Notes: generated by a model from the sequence alone, not told the origin. A stretch of 55,930 bases of DNA from an uncultured virus (IMG/VR IMGVR_UViG_3300037419_002203) (IMGVR_UViG_3300037419_002203:62001-117930); one strand, 5' to 3'; shown: positions 45,548 through 54,397, counted from the first letter of the stretch. Made by a program: numbers and translations.

Positions 45548-47044
45548 ATGGCAAATGCCACGGACGAGAAGTACAAGCGAGCGCGTGACATCGTTGCCGC
45601 GTACCAGAAGGGCGGCATCTACCGCGCCAAGGACGCGATGACGCAGCAGAACCGTGACACGGAGCTGATGTTCGAGTACACCGCGCACCTGCAGTCCGAG
45701 CTGGACCAGCTGAAGCTGCAGGACGGCGACAGCGGCGGCAAGATCGTCGCCTTCACCGGCATCGCGCCTTCGGACAACAGCCCCGAGATCGCCGAGCTGC
45801 AGACCAAGCTCGACGAGGCGCAGGAGACCATCATGCAGCTTCAGCTGAAGCTGCAGGGTGAAGGCAACAGCGCCGAGACCGACGAGCTGAAGCAGAGGCT
45901 GGCCGATGCCGAGGCGGCGGCGGGCACCAGCGAGAACGCGGACATCTACGACATCCTCAAGACCACCCGTGTCTCGCTCAACAGCACCAAGATCGAGCTG
46001 GCTGGCGCCACGACGAACATCAAGGCGCTGCACGAGCAGCTGGAGACGGCTCGCCAGGAGCTGGACAAGACCATGACCGAGCTGTCGTCCACCAAGGGCG
46101 CCCTCGCGGCCAAGGAGACCCAGCTGACCGAAGCGCTCGACTCGGCCAACAAGTCGATCGGGGACCGCAACACCCAGATCGAGACGCTCACGGACACGAT
46201 CACGAAGCTGGAGTTCCAGCTGAACGAGGCCAAGTCCGCGGTGCCCACGGCTCCTGCGCCCCTCGCGACGCCGCATTCTCACGAGGTGTACCCGCGCGAA
46301 GTCTCGCCGACGCAGCTGCGCGAGATCTTGGCGCTGGTCAATCAGGGCCGCAAGATCGACGCGTTGAAGCTGCACCGCGAGATCACCGGTCTCGGTCTCA
46401 AGGAGGCGAAGGACTTCATCGACAAGCTGGTCTCGTCCAGCGAGATGCAGAACGCGGCCACCTTGGGCGTCGTTTCGCCAGACTCGATCCGGTTCATGCA
46501 CGGCGGGACGGAGATGACCCTGACCGCCTGGATGAACGACGTCGACAACAAGCTCAACGGCTTGGGCAAGTACGGCGTGTCCGAGATCCAGGCGATCGTT
46601 CCTCCCAAGGAGGTTACGGGCATCGTCATCGCCGATGGGACCCTCGACTCGATGACGCTGGGTGTCGATCCCGCCGTTGAGAGCGGTGACACCACCAGCA
46701 TCTCGATCGTGGACCGCATGCCCGAGGCGGTCTCCCAGCACTTGCCGGAAGCGGTGGAGTCCGTGGACGAAGACGAGGACGAGGTCGATGAAGCGCCCGA
46801 GCTGGCGGTGAAGGCGACCGAGCCCGAAGACAAGAAGCCGAAGACCGGCGACTGGCTCTTCACGTCGGACCTCTTCAAGGCGCTGGGCGGCGACCCCAAG
46901 GACACCTCGTCCAAGGTCACGTTCGGTGGCAAGACCCTGACGTACAAGGCGTTCCGCCAGCAGGAGAACTCCTTCTTCACGAAGGCTGGCCTGAAGGTGG
47001 ACACCAAGCGTCAGAGCAAGAAGGAGCCCTGGCTGCAGCGCTAG
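45548..47044 (+). CDS. Coiled-coil protein with ribosomal L7/L12 C-terminal-like domain
   Basis: Heptad repeats; GRKIDALKLHREITGLGLKEAKDFID near 46345-46425. Confidence 0.75.
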   Translation: MANATDEKYKRARDIVAAYQKGGIYRAKDAMTQQNRDTELMFEYTAHLQSELDQLKLQDGDSGGKIVAFTGIAPSDNSPEIAELQTKLDEAQETIMQLQLKLQGEGNSAETDELKQRLADAEAAAGTSENADIYDILKTTRVSLNSTKIELAGATTNIKALHEQLETARQELDKTMTELSSTKGALAAKETQLTEALDSANKSIGDRNTQIETLTDTITKLEFQLNEAKSAVPTAPAPLATPHSHEVYPREVSPTQLREILALVNQGRKIDALKLHREITGLGLKEAKDFIDKLVSSSEMQNAATLGVVSPDSIRFMHGGTEMTLTAWMNDVDNKLNGLGKYGVSEIQAIVPPKEVTGIVIADGTLDSMTLGVDPAVESGDTTSISIVDRMPEAVSQHLPEAVESVDEDEDEVDEAPELAVKATEPEDKKPKTGDWLFTSDLFKALGGDPKDTSSKVTFGGKTLTYKAFRQQENSFFTKAGLKVDTKRQSKKEPWLQR

Positions 47045-47060
47045 GGTAGTACACCCAACA

Positions 47061-47088
47061 CAGGGGCGGGGCTTCGGCTCCGCCCTTG
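47061..47088 (+). other. cUUCGg-capped stem-loop
   Basis: CAGGGGCGGGGC-TTCG-GCTCCGCCCTTG. Confidence 0.7.
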
Positions 47089-47109
47089 CTTCAGCCGAAA
47101 GGAGCCAAC

Positions 47110-47514
47110 ATGACCGTCGAGTACAACGACGACCTCTCCCATGAGGACCAGGTCGACGCGGAAGAGGGCATTGCCCACATCATCCACGCGTTCGAGTACG
47201 GCGAGAATGCCGAGATGCGTCCCTCCGAAGAGGACTGCGCCGAGTTGGGTCGCCAGATCCTCCTGTTCGTGCTGGAGAAGTTCCGGCCGGACTTGGTGGA
47301 CGGTGGTGAAGAGCCCGTCGCCGAAGAATCCGAGGGCGGAAGCTTCGAGTGCAAGCGGTGCGAGACCGAGTTCCACTTCCCCGCGGAGGAGTACACGCCA
47401 GAAGAGGTTGATGACCAGCTTGCGCAGCATCTGTGCGATGCTCATGACATCAACCTCTCGACAAGCGCGTTCGAGTCGGAGCGGTCGCACTACTTTAAGC
47501 GGATCAACTCGTAG
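47110..47514 (+). CDS. Acidic hypothetical protein with C2H2-like motif
   Basis: Start-associated motif; CKRC...HL...H. Confidence 0.65.
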   Translation: MTVEYNDDLSHEDQVDAEEGIAHIIHAFEYGENAEMRPSEEDCAELGRQILLFVLEKFRPDLVDGGEEPVAEESEGGSFECKRCETEFHFPAEEYTPEEVDDQLAQHLCDAHDINLSTSAFESERSHYFKRINS

Positions 47515-47516
47515 GG

Positions 47517-47545
47517 TTGCGATCCTGTACCACATCTGGTACACT
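47517..47545 (+). promoter_or_regulatory. Putative sigma70-type promoter for the gmk cluster
   Basis: TTGCGA-N17-TACACT with TGG; intergenic. Confidence 0.65.
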
Positions 47546-47588
47546 CCTACCTGCTAAGGAACAACTACGCCGGGGCAAGAGGAGCACC

Positions 47589-48182
47589 ATGACCCAACCC
47601 ATCGAGTCCGAGCTGTACCTGCTCGTCGGCCCCAGTGGTGCCGGTAAGACGTCCGTGATGGACGAGTTGTACCGCGAGGGCACCCTGATCAAGGCGACCT
47701 CTCACGCCACGCGCCCCATGCGGGAAGGCGAGTCCCAGGGCAACCCGTACCACTTCATCTCGGTGAACGAGTACAAGGGGTTGGATCTCGAAGGCCAGTT
47801 CATCGAGAAGATCGAGTACAACGGCAACCACTACGGCTTCACCCGCGGCGAAGTGCTGAACGCGTTGGAGCGGGGTGACGTTGGTCTGATCGTCGAGGGT
47901 CACGGTGCGGCGCAAATTCGCAAGCTCTTCCCCGGCCGGGTCACCACCATCTTCCTGGACCCGCCACCCCGCGAAGAGCTGGTGCGCCGGATGCGTCAGC
48001 GCAAGAACACCCAGGCGGAGATCGAAGAGCGCCTAGCGCTCATGGTGGACGAGATGAAGTTCGGTCCCGAGGCCGACTACCACGTCGACACCAACGACTC
48101 GTTCGACCACGTTCTTACCAAGGTGCGCACGATCATCAAGATCACCCGTGCTCGCCGTCAGAACAAGACGGAGGGTCTGTAA
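47589..48182 (+). CDS. gmk: Guanylate kinase
   Basis: GPSGAGKTS P-loop; SHATRPMREGE..G.PYHF; YNGNHYG. Confidence 0.9.
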   Translation: MTQPIESELYLLVGPSGAGKTSVMDELYREGTLIKATSHATRPMREGESQGNPYHFISVNEYKGLDLEGQFIEKIEYNGNHYGFTRGEVLNALERGDVGLIVEGHGAAQIRKLFPGRVTTIFLDPPPREELVRRMRQRKNTQAEIEERLALMVDEMKFGPEADYHVDTNDSFDHVLTKVRTIIKITRARRQNKTEGL

Positions 48183-48183
48183 G

Positions 48184-48624
48184 ATGACGTCGCCCAAGCT
48201 CATCTTCGTCGCCTCGCCCCTGCGCCCCTTCATCCCGCCGCACGTCCTGCAGATGTTCCCCGACCCGGATTGTTGGCAGCGTCAACAGTACTACCACGAG
48301 GTGTTGCAGAAGAACCTGCAGCACGCACGGGAATGCTGTCAGAAGGTGCTGGCCGAGGGCCACACACCCATCGCGCCGCACCTGATCCTGCCGCAGCTTC
48401 TGGACGACGCCGACCCCGCCCAGCGCGAGCAAGGCATCAACGGTGGTTTGGTCTACCTGACCCGTGCCGACGAGCTGTGGTACTGGGACGACCCCACGGA
48501 AGGGATGATCAAGGAGATCCAGACGGCGTACCGCTTGGGCATTCCGGTGGTCTATATGGGCAACGTCCCCCTCACCCGCGTCATCCCCCAGGCCGCTTCT
48601 ACCGGCCAACTCAAGGAGTCCTAG
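48184..48624 (+). CDS. DUF4406/nucleoside-deoxyribosyltransferase-like protein
   Basis: IFVASPL...PIAPHL..PQ.LDD...DELW...TEGM..EI..A...GIPV. Confidence 0.65.
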   Translation: MTSPKLIFVASPLRPFIPPHVLQMFPDPDCWQRQQYYHEVLQKNLQHARECCQKVLAEGHTPIAPHLILPQLLDDADPAQREQGINGGLVYLTRADELWYWDDPTEGMIKEIQTAYRLGIPVVYMGNVPLTRVIPQAASTGQLKES

Positions 48625-49566
48625 ATGTTCGAGCGGTACACCGAGAACGCCATTAAGGCGATCATGCTCGCCCAGGAAGAGGCTCGTCGTCTCGGCCACA
48701 ACTACGTCAGCACGGAGTTTGTCCTGTTGGGGTTGATCGGTTTGGGTGAGAACAGCCCGGTCTACCGTGCCTTGGTGAAGTTGGGCGTCAGCTCGCCTCT
48801 CAAGACTGCGCGTCTTTTGGTCGAGCAGAGGGTCGGCAAGGGCTCCGGCTTCGTTGGGGTCGAGCTGCCCTTCACGCCACGCATGAAGCGCTCGATCGAA
48901 GTCTCGTGGAACACCGCCCGCGAGCTGGGCCACAACTACATCGCGCCGTTCCACGTCCTGTTCGCCATCATCGCGGAGGAAGAGAGTACAGCGCGTGCCG
49001 TGCTGTTCGACATGGGCATCATCGACCTGGAGACGTTCAAGTCGCTGGTCGTGGACGAGGCTTCGCGTGCTGCAGTTGCCAAGACCGACAGCATCTTGCA
49101 GGCGGTCAACGAGAAGCGTACCGCCGACGAGCGTCGGAACGAGAAGCAGTGTGCGTGGGACAAGAGCTACATGGCGATGGCCCATATCATCGCTGGTCAC
49201 TCTCACGACCCCAAGTTCAAGGTCGGTGCCATCGTCGTCAACGACCTCAACGGCGCCATCGTCGGTCTCGGCTACAACGGTCGCGGCAAGGGTCGTCCCA
49301 ACGACCGTCTCTCGATGGAAACGGGCCAGAGCGGCTTCGTCCACGCCGAGATGAACGCCATTGCCCGTGTCTCGTGGGAGATGACGTGTACCTACACGCT
49401 CTACACCACCCTGGCGCCCTGCATGGTCTGCGCGGGTCTGGTTCTGAACAACCCCATCAAGCGGGTCGTCTACGGCCAGATCTACAACGATGACAAGACC
49501 GGCGTCGAAGAGCTGATTGGCGGCTTGGGGGCGCATCTCGTCCACCATTGTCCGCACCATTCCTAA
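48625..49566 (+). CDS. ClpC N-terminal (Clp repeat) domain fused to dCMP-deaminase domain
   Basis: MFERYTENAIKAIMLAQEEARRLGHNY...PFTPR; then WD..YM...KVGA...GYNG...HAEMNAI...PCMVC. Confidence 0.88.
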   Translation: MFERYTENAIKAIMLAQEEARRLGHNYVSTEFVLLGLIGLGENSPVYRALVKLGVSSPLKTARLLVEQRVGKGSGFVGVELPFTPRMKRSIEVSWNTARELGHNYIAPFHVLFAIIAEEESTARAVLFDMGIIDLETFKSLVVDEASRAAVAKTDSILQAVNEKRTADERRNEKQCAWDKSYMAMAHIIAGHSHDPKFKVGAIVVNDLNGAIVGLGYNGRGKGRPNDRLSMETGQSGFVHAEMNAIARVSWEMTCTYTLYTTLAPCMVCAGLVLNNPIKRVVYGQIYNDDKTGVEELIGGLGAHLVHHCPHHS

Positions 49567-49578
49567 AGGAGCACTCCC

Positions 49579-49689
49579 ATGAAAGTTTGGCATGTTCTCG
49601 CTGGTATGGCGGGTTTGTTTACCGCCGGTCTCGCTGTTTGGGATGGTATCGGCTATGTGGCCTGGCACTTCATTCACAAGCTGTGGTAG
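49579..49689 (+). CDS. Small hydrophobic peptide (36 aa)
   Basis: AAAGGAG SD and ATG; single TM. Confidence 0.5.
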   Translation: MKVWHVLAGMAGLFTAGLAVWDGIGYVAWHFIHKLW

Positions 49690-49694
49690 TCAGC

Positions 49695-49719
49695 TGAAGC
49701 ACACGCTGCTTCATTTCTT
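49695..49719 (+). terminator. Putative intrinsic terminator
   Basis: TGAAGCA-N5-TGCTTCA followed by TTTCTT. Confidence 0.45.
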
Positions 49720-49725
49720 CCACCG

Positions 49726-50361
49726 TTGGCAGTGGGCGCTGGCCGCCCTCTTGGATGCGCTGTGCTAGAACCGATCATCATCGACCATGACGCGAGCATC
49801 TCGTTCACCGGCTACTGGCAGGCGGACGAGATGTACCGGCTCGTGATCGCGCGTAAGCCGGTCACCGGACCGGTCCTTGCGAGCTTGTTGATGGGATCGA
49901 CTGGCACGCGCCGTTCCAACTTCCAGGTGCTCAAGACCCCGCCAGGCACCAGCCCGGTAGTTCAAGCGATGGGGCTCAACCGGATGTTCGCGATGCCCCT
50001 GGAAGCGCCTGGTGAGCGCAAACCCACCAAGGCGTTCTCGGTGTACGTGTTCGACGGGAACGACACCGAGGGTAGGGGCCGCTTTTCGTGGCTGACGAGT
50101 CTGAACGTCTATCGCTGTGATTGGATGCTAGATGTCCAAAAACAGCGGATGCTCGATCAGATGGATGAAGCCTACGATCGCTGGTTCGTCATGATCGACC
50201 ACCAACTGCACAAGTTGCCGTTTGGGCGCGAAGAGGTCGGATTGTCCAAAGCGTGCGAAAACTGCCCACACCAGTTTTCGTGCATGGCGGGCAATACGCC
50301 CGGTTACCTCATTGGCGACGATCTGCCCGAAAGTGCCCGTCCGCCCCAAAAGCAGGTTTAG
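49726..50361 (+). CDS. Hypothetical protein with C-terminal CxxCxxQFxC module (start uncertain)
   Basis: CENCPHQFSCMAG. Confidence 0.65.
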   Translation: MAVGAGRPLGCAVLEPIIIDHDASISFTGYWQADEMYRLVIARKPVTGPVLASLLMGSTGTRRSNFQVLKTPPGTSPVVQAMGLNRMFAMPLEAPGERKPTKAFSVYVFDGNDTEGRGRFSWLTSLNVYRCDWMLDVQKQRMLDQMDEAYDRWFVMIDHQLHKLPFGREEVGLSKACENCPHQFSCMAGNTPGYLIGDDLPESARPPQKQV

Positions 50362-50366
50362 CCAAC

Positions 50367-51056
50367 ATGGACTTTGACGCCCTTTTTGACGCCCAAGCCA
50401 AAGGCACCGTGAACGTAAATGTGAACACCACGCGCCCCGAGGGCTTCTGGTTCGAGCCAGACCCCGAGTGGGACGGTGAGTGGTTGCTGTGGTTCAAGTG
50501 TGGCACCGACATCGCCTTCCAGCTCATGAGCGACGCGAAGGGCAACCAGCTCGACTACACGGTCACGCTCAAGATGCGCACCAAGACAGGCAAAGACGCT
50601 CCTCGCCGATCGGTCGTCCGTACGATCGAGAAGACCAACGACAGGGGTGAAACACAGCAAGTGGCCTACCCCACAATCGTCAACTACTTCGATGTTTCGT
50701 TGATGGAGTCGATCCGGGAGGTCATCGTACGCCAACCCGGTCTGGGCGGCGCCATTCTGTCTCGTGGAAGCGACTACGAGATCGAAGGTACGACGCTGGT
50801 CACGCTCCAGGAGCTGAACGACGAAGCGTGCCTGGAGATCGAAGGCAAGGGTTGGGGCTTCGAGCGGGCCATGACGCACAACGGCAAGATGCCGTCTAAC
50901 TTCTCATTCCCCACCACCGAGGTCAAGCGCGGCACCAAGGCCATCTGCGATGTCTGCCCAAACCAGTTCGCCTGTCTCGCCGGACAGCAGAAGATGTTCG
51001 GCATGGAGGAGTACAAGGTGGCGAAATTGATGAAGGGTGGCGATCCCTTCAAGTAG
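50367..51056 (+). CDS. Hypothetical protein with C-terminal CxxCxxQFxC module
   Basis: CDVCPNQFACLAG. Confidence 0.7.
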   Translation: MDFDALFDAQAKGTVNVNVNTTRPEGFWFEPDPEWDGEWLLWFKCGTDIAFQLMSDAKGNQLDYTVTLKMRTKTGKDAPRRSVVRTIEKTNDRGETQQVAYPTIVNYFDVSLMESIREVIVRQPGLGGAILSRGSDYEIEGTTLVTLQELNDEACLEIEGKGWGFERAMTHNGKMPSNFSFPTTEVKRGTKAICDVCPNQFACLAGQQKMFGMEEYKVAKLMKGGDPFK

Positions 51057-51142
51057 GTGCAAGTACACCTACTTTGGATCTCAGTTTTTCGTCGTCGTAA
51101 TTTTTCAAATTCGAGATCCGTGTTTCACAAGGGGCAAGGCCA

Positions 51143-51478
51143 ATGACAACCGACGACGAGACCACACCCGACCCGCTGACCTTGTGGCAGCCGGTCGTCG
51201 AGAACCCCAACGTCCTTCCGTCCAAAGTCAACTACAAGGCGAAGGGCCGTGTCCAGGAATGGCCGTGCTACAAGTACGCCAACTGGGCGCTCGGCAACGA
51301 CGCGGCCTACGTCCGCATCCGTCAGGGTTACAGCCGTGACAGCTTCGTCAAGGTCCCCACAAAAGCCGATCAGATCGGTACTTCGGAGGTCTGCAACCAC
51401 TGCTCTCAGCAGTTCGCGTGCCTGGCAGGCAATGTCACGTCGTTGACGTCTCGCACCCTCCTCTTACCTCCCCCTTAG
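51143..51478 (+). CDS. Hypothetical protein with C-terminal CxxCxxQFxC module
   Basis: CNHCSQQFACLAG. Confidence 0.7.
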   Translation: MTTDDETTPDPLTLWQPVVENPNVLPSKVNYKAKGRVQEWPCYKYANWALGNDAAYVRIRQGYSRDSFVKVPTKADQIGTSEVCNHCSQQFACLAGNVTSLTSRTLLLPPP

Positions 51479-51479
51479 C

Positions 51480-51508
51480 TTGTCCACGGACGAGGTTCGT
51501 GGTATAAC
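51480..51508 (+). promoter_or_regulatory. Putative sigma70-type promoter
   Basis: TTGTCC-N17-TATAAC with TGG; intergenic. Confidence 0.6.
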
Positions 51509-51524
51509 CCATAAGGATCAAACC

Positions 51525-51938
51525 ATGAGCAAGCGTTCAGTAGATCCCGTGAAGCCGATTGACGGGTACCAGACCCTTCCGGCGGACCCCGGACCCGGCA
51601 CCTACGAGGTGGACATCGAGGTCACACACCGTATTGATGATGTCGTGACTCCCCTGCACAAGGAGACCGTCACCGTCGAGACTGCCTACGGGCGACCCCA
51701 AGCCAGCGCCAGCGCCCAGCTCCAGCTGTGTAAGACGCACCCCGAATTTGCCCGTGAACACGTCTACACCCAAGTAATGGAGGCTCGTCATGTCGCTGGA
51801 CCCGCTCAACCCGTCCCCGCTGCAGCCGTCGAGCCAGGCAGTGCTGGAGAACCTGTGGTCGATCCTGAACGCCTCGAAGACGGAGACGAGCACCCCGACT
51901 ACGACTACAACTTCGACAAGCCCTTCGACATCTACTGA
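51525..51938 (+). CDS. Hypothetical protein
   Basis: AAGGA SD and ATG. Confidence 0.65.
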   Translation: MSKRSVDPVKPIDGYQTLPADPGPGTYEVDIEVTHRIDDVVTPLHKETVTVETAYGRPQASASAQLQLCKTHPEFAREHVYTQVMEARHVAGPAQPVPAAAVEPGSAGEPVVDPERLEDGDEHPDYDYNFDKPFDIY

Positions 51939-52011
51939 CGAAGGGTCGGTTAGCTACGCGATCACTGTCGGCCCGCCACCTACGGTCGAGGGTTTCAGGA
52001 ACGAGATCCTG

Positions 52012-52452
52012 ATGCGCCAGGCGGAGGTGCTGGGCACGGTCGAGGTGTTGACGTCGCAGGTTCATAACCTGCTCGAATCCGTCAGCCGTGAAGTCAGCTT
52101 CCGCACCCAGATGCCCAAGACACTCGCGTTCGGCGACCCTTTGGACCTGCCCGTCACACCGCCTTCGCGGGTACCGGCAGAGTTCATGCGTCCCACCTCC
52201 GCGGCGCACTTCCTGGCGGCACACACGGGCCACAAGTGGACCAACCCCAAGCTGCACGACCTCGCCAAGCGTCTGGGATGGCGGCCCGCCGATGTCAAGT
52301 ACGACATGGAGCGCTCCGACCATCGCTACTTCACTGTGGTCACAACGCGTGAAGGGTTCGACTTCGGTGTCTATACCCCCAACGCGCTCGACTACGTCCT
52401 GGATCGGCCTGACGAGTGCTGGCAGATCGCAACCAGCAAGGAGACTCGATGA
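52012..52452 (+). CDS. Hypothetical protein, possible DNA-binding (start uncertain)
   Basis: ORF track; ATGA overlap at the end. Confidence 0.55.
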   Translation: MRQAEVLGTVEVLTSQVHNLLESVSREVSFRTQMPKTLAFGDPLDLPVTPPSRVPAEFMRPTSAAHFLAAHTGHKWTNPKLHDLAKRLGWRPADVKYDMERSDHRYFTVVTTREGFDFGVYTPNALDYVLDRPDECWQIATSKETR

Positions 52453-53525
52453 GCATGTCTACCACCCCCAACACCACGGCGCTGACCACCCGCTCGGCCG
52501 TCGGCTGGACGGGTGAGCATGCTCGCGTGCGTGTCAAGCAGTACTACGAGGCGACCGGTTTCTTCCCGGAGACGGCCGGTAAGCCCTGGTGGAACGACTA
52601 CACCCGTGCGATGGCCGACCGCCATGGCATCGTGCTTCCGCCCTACCAGGTCGTGCTCACGACCGGCGGGTTGCTGCAACTCAAGAACACCATCCTCGCA
52701 GAAGTGGCCGCGATGCCCCGTGTCGAAGACGAAGTGCTCGCGACCACGACGGCACCGCTCGTGACCGATGCCAGCGTGCCGATTGCCCCGTGCGGGATGG
52801 TTCACCGACAGAAGGCTATCGAGGCGTACGCGCACATCTCCGAGCGCATCCTGCGGGCGGTCGACCAGGAGCATCGCACGCTGTCAAGTGTGGCGGTCGA
52901 ATTGAACGGAGAGGGCATGACGACCCGTACGGGCAGCAAGTTCACCTCCAAAACGATCGGCAACATCTACCGGCGCGCCAAGGGTCTGCCCTCCTACGAG
53001 CAGCTGTTGCTTGCCCGTGTTGGTACACCCCTCCCTACACTCCCCGACGCCGTGCGCGAGCCGCAGGCGGTCGAGGCGGAGCTGGTCACGGACGACGACA
53101 CGCCGACGAGCATCTTGACCCAGGCGCCCGACTACTCGCACAGCCCACCGCAGATGATCGAAGACGAGCCCCCTGCGTCCCCAGCACCAGTGCTTTCTGG
53201 TCGTCTCGTCGAGGTGCCCGCCGACCAGTTGCAACAGGCGTTGGAACTGGCCTCTCAGGCAGCCGCGGCTCAGGCGAAGGTCGCCCAGTACGAGGCGGTG
53301 ATCGCCCAGTACGACGAGAAGTCCAAGGCATTGCTCACTCAGGTCGAGCGCGCTCAGACCATCGTGCAGGAGAACGTCAACCTGCGTGTTCAGGTCCAGG
53401 ATCTGAAAGATCAGCTCCAGCAGCTGGAGTTCCGTAACGCGCACTGGCTCAACACCAAGGAGTTGATCCAGGAAGCGTTGAAGAGTGCCCCTTACCCCCT
53501 CCCCCTCCAGAAGAAGGAGTCCTAG
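52449..53525 (+). CDS. Protein with recombinase-domain-like HTH and C-terminal coiled coil
   Basis: TLSSVAVELNGEGMTTRTGSKFTSKTIGNIY resembles the serine-recombinase DNA-binding motif; no catalytic domain seen. Confidence 0.55.
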   Translation: MSMSTTPNTTALTTRSAVGWTGEHARVRVKQYYEATGFFPETAGKPWWNDYTRAMADRHGIVLPPYQVVLTTGGLLQLKNTILAEVAAMPRVEDEVLATTTAPLVTDASVPIAPCGMVHRQKAIEAYAHISERILRAVDQEHRTLSSVAVELNGEGMTTRTGSKFTSKTIGNIYRRAKGLPSYEQLLLARVGTPLPTLPDAVREPQAVEAELVTDDDTPTSILTQAPDYSHSPPQMIEDEPPASPAPVLSGRLVEVPADQLQQALELASQAAAAQAKVAQYEAVIAQYDEKSKALLTQVERAQTIVQENVNLRVQVQDLKDQLQQLEFRNAHWLNTKELIQEALKSAPYPLPLQKKES

Positions 53526-53527
53526 TC

Positions 53528-54397
53528 TTGCCCGAGTCTGCTATCGTTCTTGCCGACAGCATCAGCCCCAACGGTGTGCGTTTGACCACCTTGCAGGTCA
53601 CCTTCGCGCGCATCGTGCTGGCGGAGGTCAACACGCACCGTCAGTTCACCCGCAGCTCGGCCAGCTCGCGAGCTATCCCCGTCGAGAAGATGATCCAGCG
53701 CTGCATCGACGACCCCTTCATCCCCGATGCGTTCGGTAAGAACCGGGCGGGCATGCAAGCCAGCGAGAACCTGAACGACCGGGACGCGCAGGTGGCCCAG
53801 CAGATCTGGCTTGAAGCGCGCGACCAAGCCGTGCGTTCGGCGAGGGCGCTGCTCAACACCGGTGTGCATAAACAGATCACCAACCGTCTGTTGGAGCCCT
53901 TCATGTGGCACACCGCGATCATCACTGCCACGGAGTTCTCCAACTTCTTCGCGCTGCGCTGTCACCCCGACGCCCAGCCCCAGATCCGGGCAGCAGCGGA
54001 GTTGATGCGTGAGGCGATGGCGAACTCGACACCCGTGCACGTCAACCATGGCGAGTGGCACTTGCCTTTGGTTAGTGGTGTCGATCTGCACGAGCTGTTG
54101 GCGGAGGGCTACGCGATGGAGCAGATCGTGCGCATCAGCGCCGGTCGCTGCGCGCGGGTCAGCTACCTCACCCACGACGGCAAGCGCGAGCCCGTCAAGG
54201 ACATCGAGCTGTGCGACCGCCTGGTTACGAGCGGTCACATGTCTCCGTTGGAGCATGTCGCCACGCCGGGTGTCTTCCACAACAACGGGGAGACGAACGA
54301 GCAGGTGCCTTTCATCGGCAACTTCAAGGGCTGGCTCCAGTTGCGCAAGACCATCCCCAACGAGCACGACTTCAGCCTGATCAAGTCGGCTGTGTAG
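53528..54397 (+). CDS. thyX: Flavin-dependent thymidylate synthase
   Basis: EVNTHRQFTRSSASSRAIP...HKQITNRLLEPF...NFFALR...AQPQI...ARVSY...HMSPLEH. Confidence 0.88.
   Translation: MPESAIVLADSISPNGVRLTTLQVTFARIVLAEVNTHRQFTRSSASSRAIPVEKMIQRCIDDPFIPDAFGKNRAGMQASENLNDRDAQVAQQIWLEARDQAVRSARALLNTGVHKQITNRLLEPFMWHTAIITATEFSNFFALRCHPDAQPQIRAAAELMREAMANSTPVHVNHGEWHLPLVSGVDLHELLAEGYAMEQIVRISAGRCARVSYLTHDGKREPVKDIELCDRLVTSGHMSPLEHVATPGVFHNNGETNEQVPFIGNFKGWLQLRKTIPNEHDFSLIKSAV

Larger units (their letters stand above)
2153..47106 (+). promoter_or_regulatory. Dispersed start-associated motif GCCGAAAGGAG(CC)
   Basis: Exact copies at 2153, 8002, 9006, 10476, 14110, 15463, 19776, 24837, 28672, 33463, 38880 and 47094, plus about a dozen variants, each just upstream of a start codon. 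Confidence 0.85.

Noticed and set aside
48625..49080. Full clpC chaperone gene
   Set aside because: Only the N-terminal repeat domain is present, with no Walker A/B AAA+ modules.
52449..53525. Serine integrase / mobile element
   Set aside because: Only a short recombinase-like DNA-binding motif; no catalytic YxRxS resolvase domain and no att sites seen.
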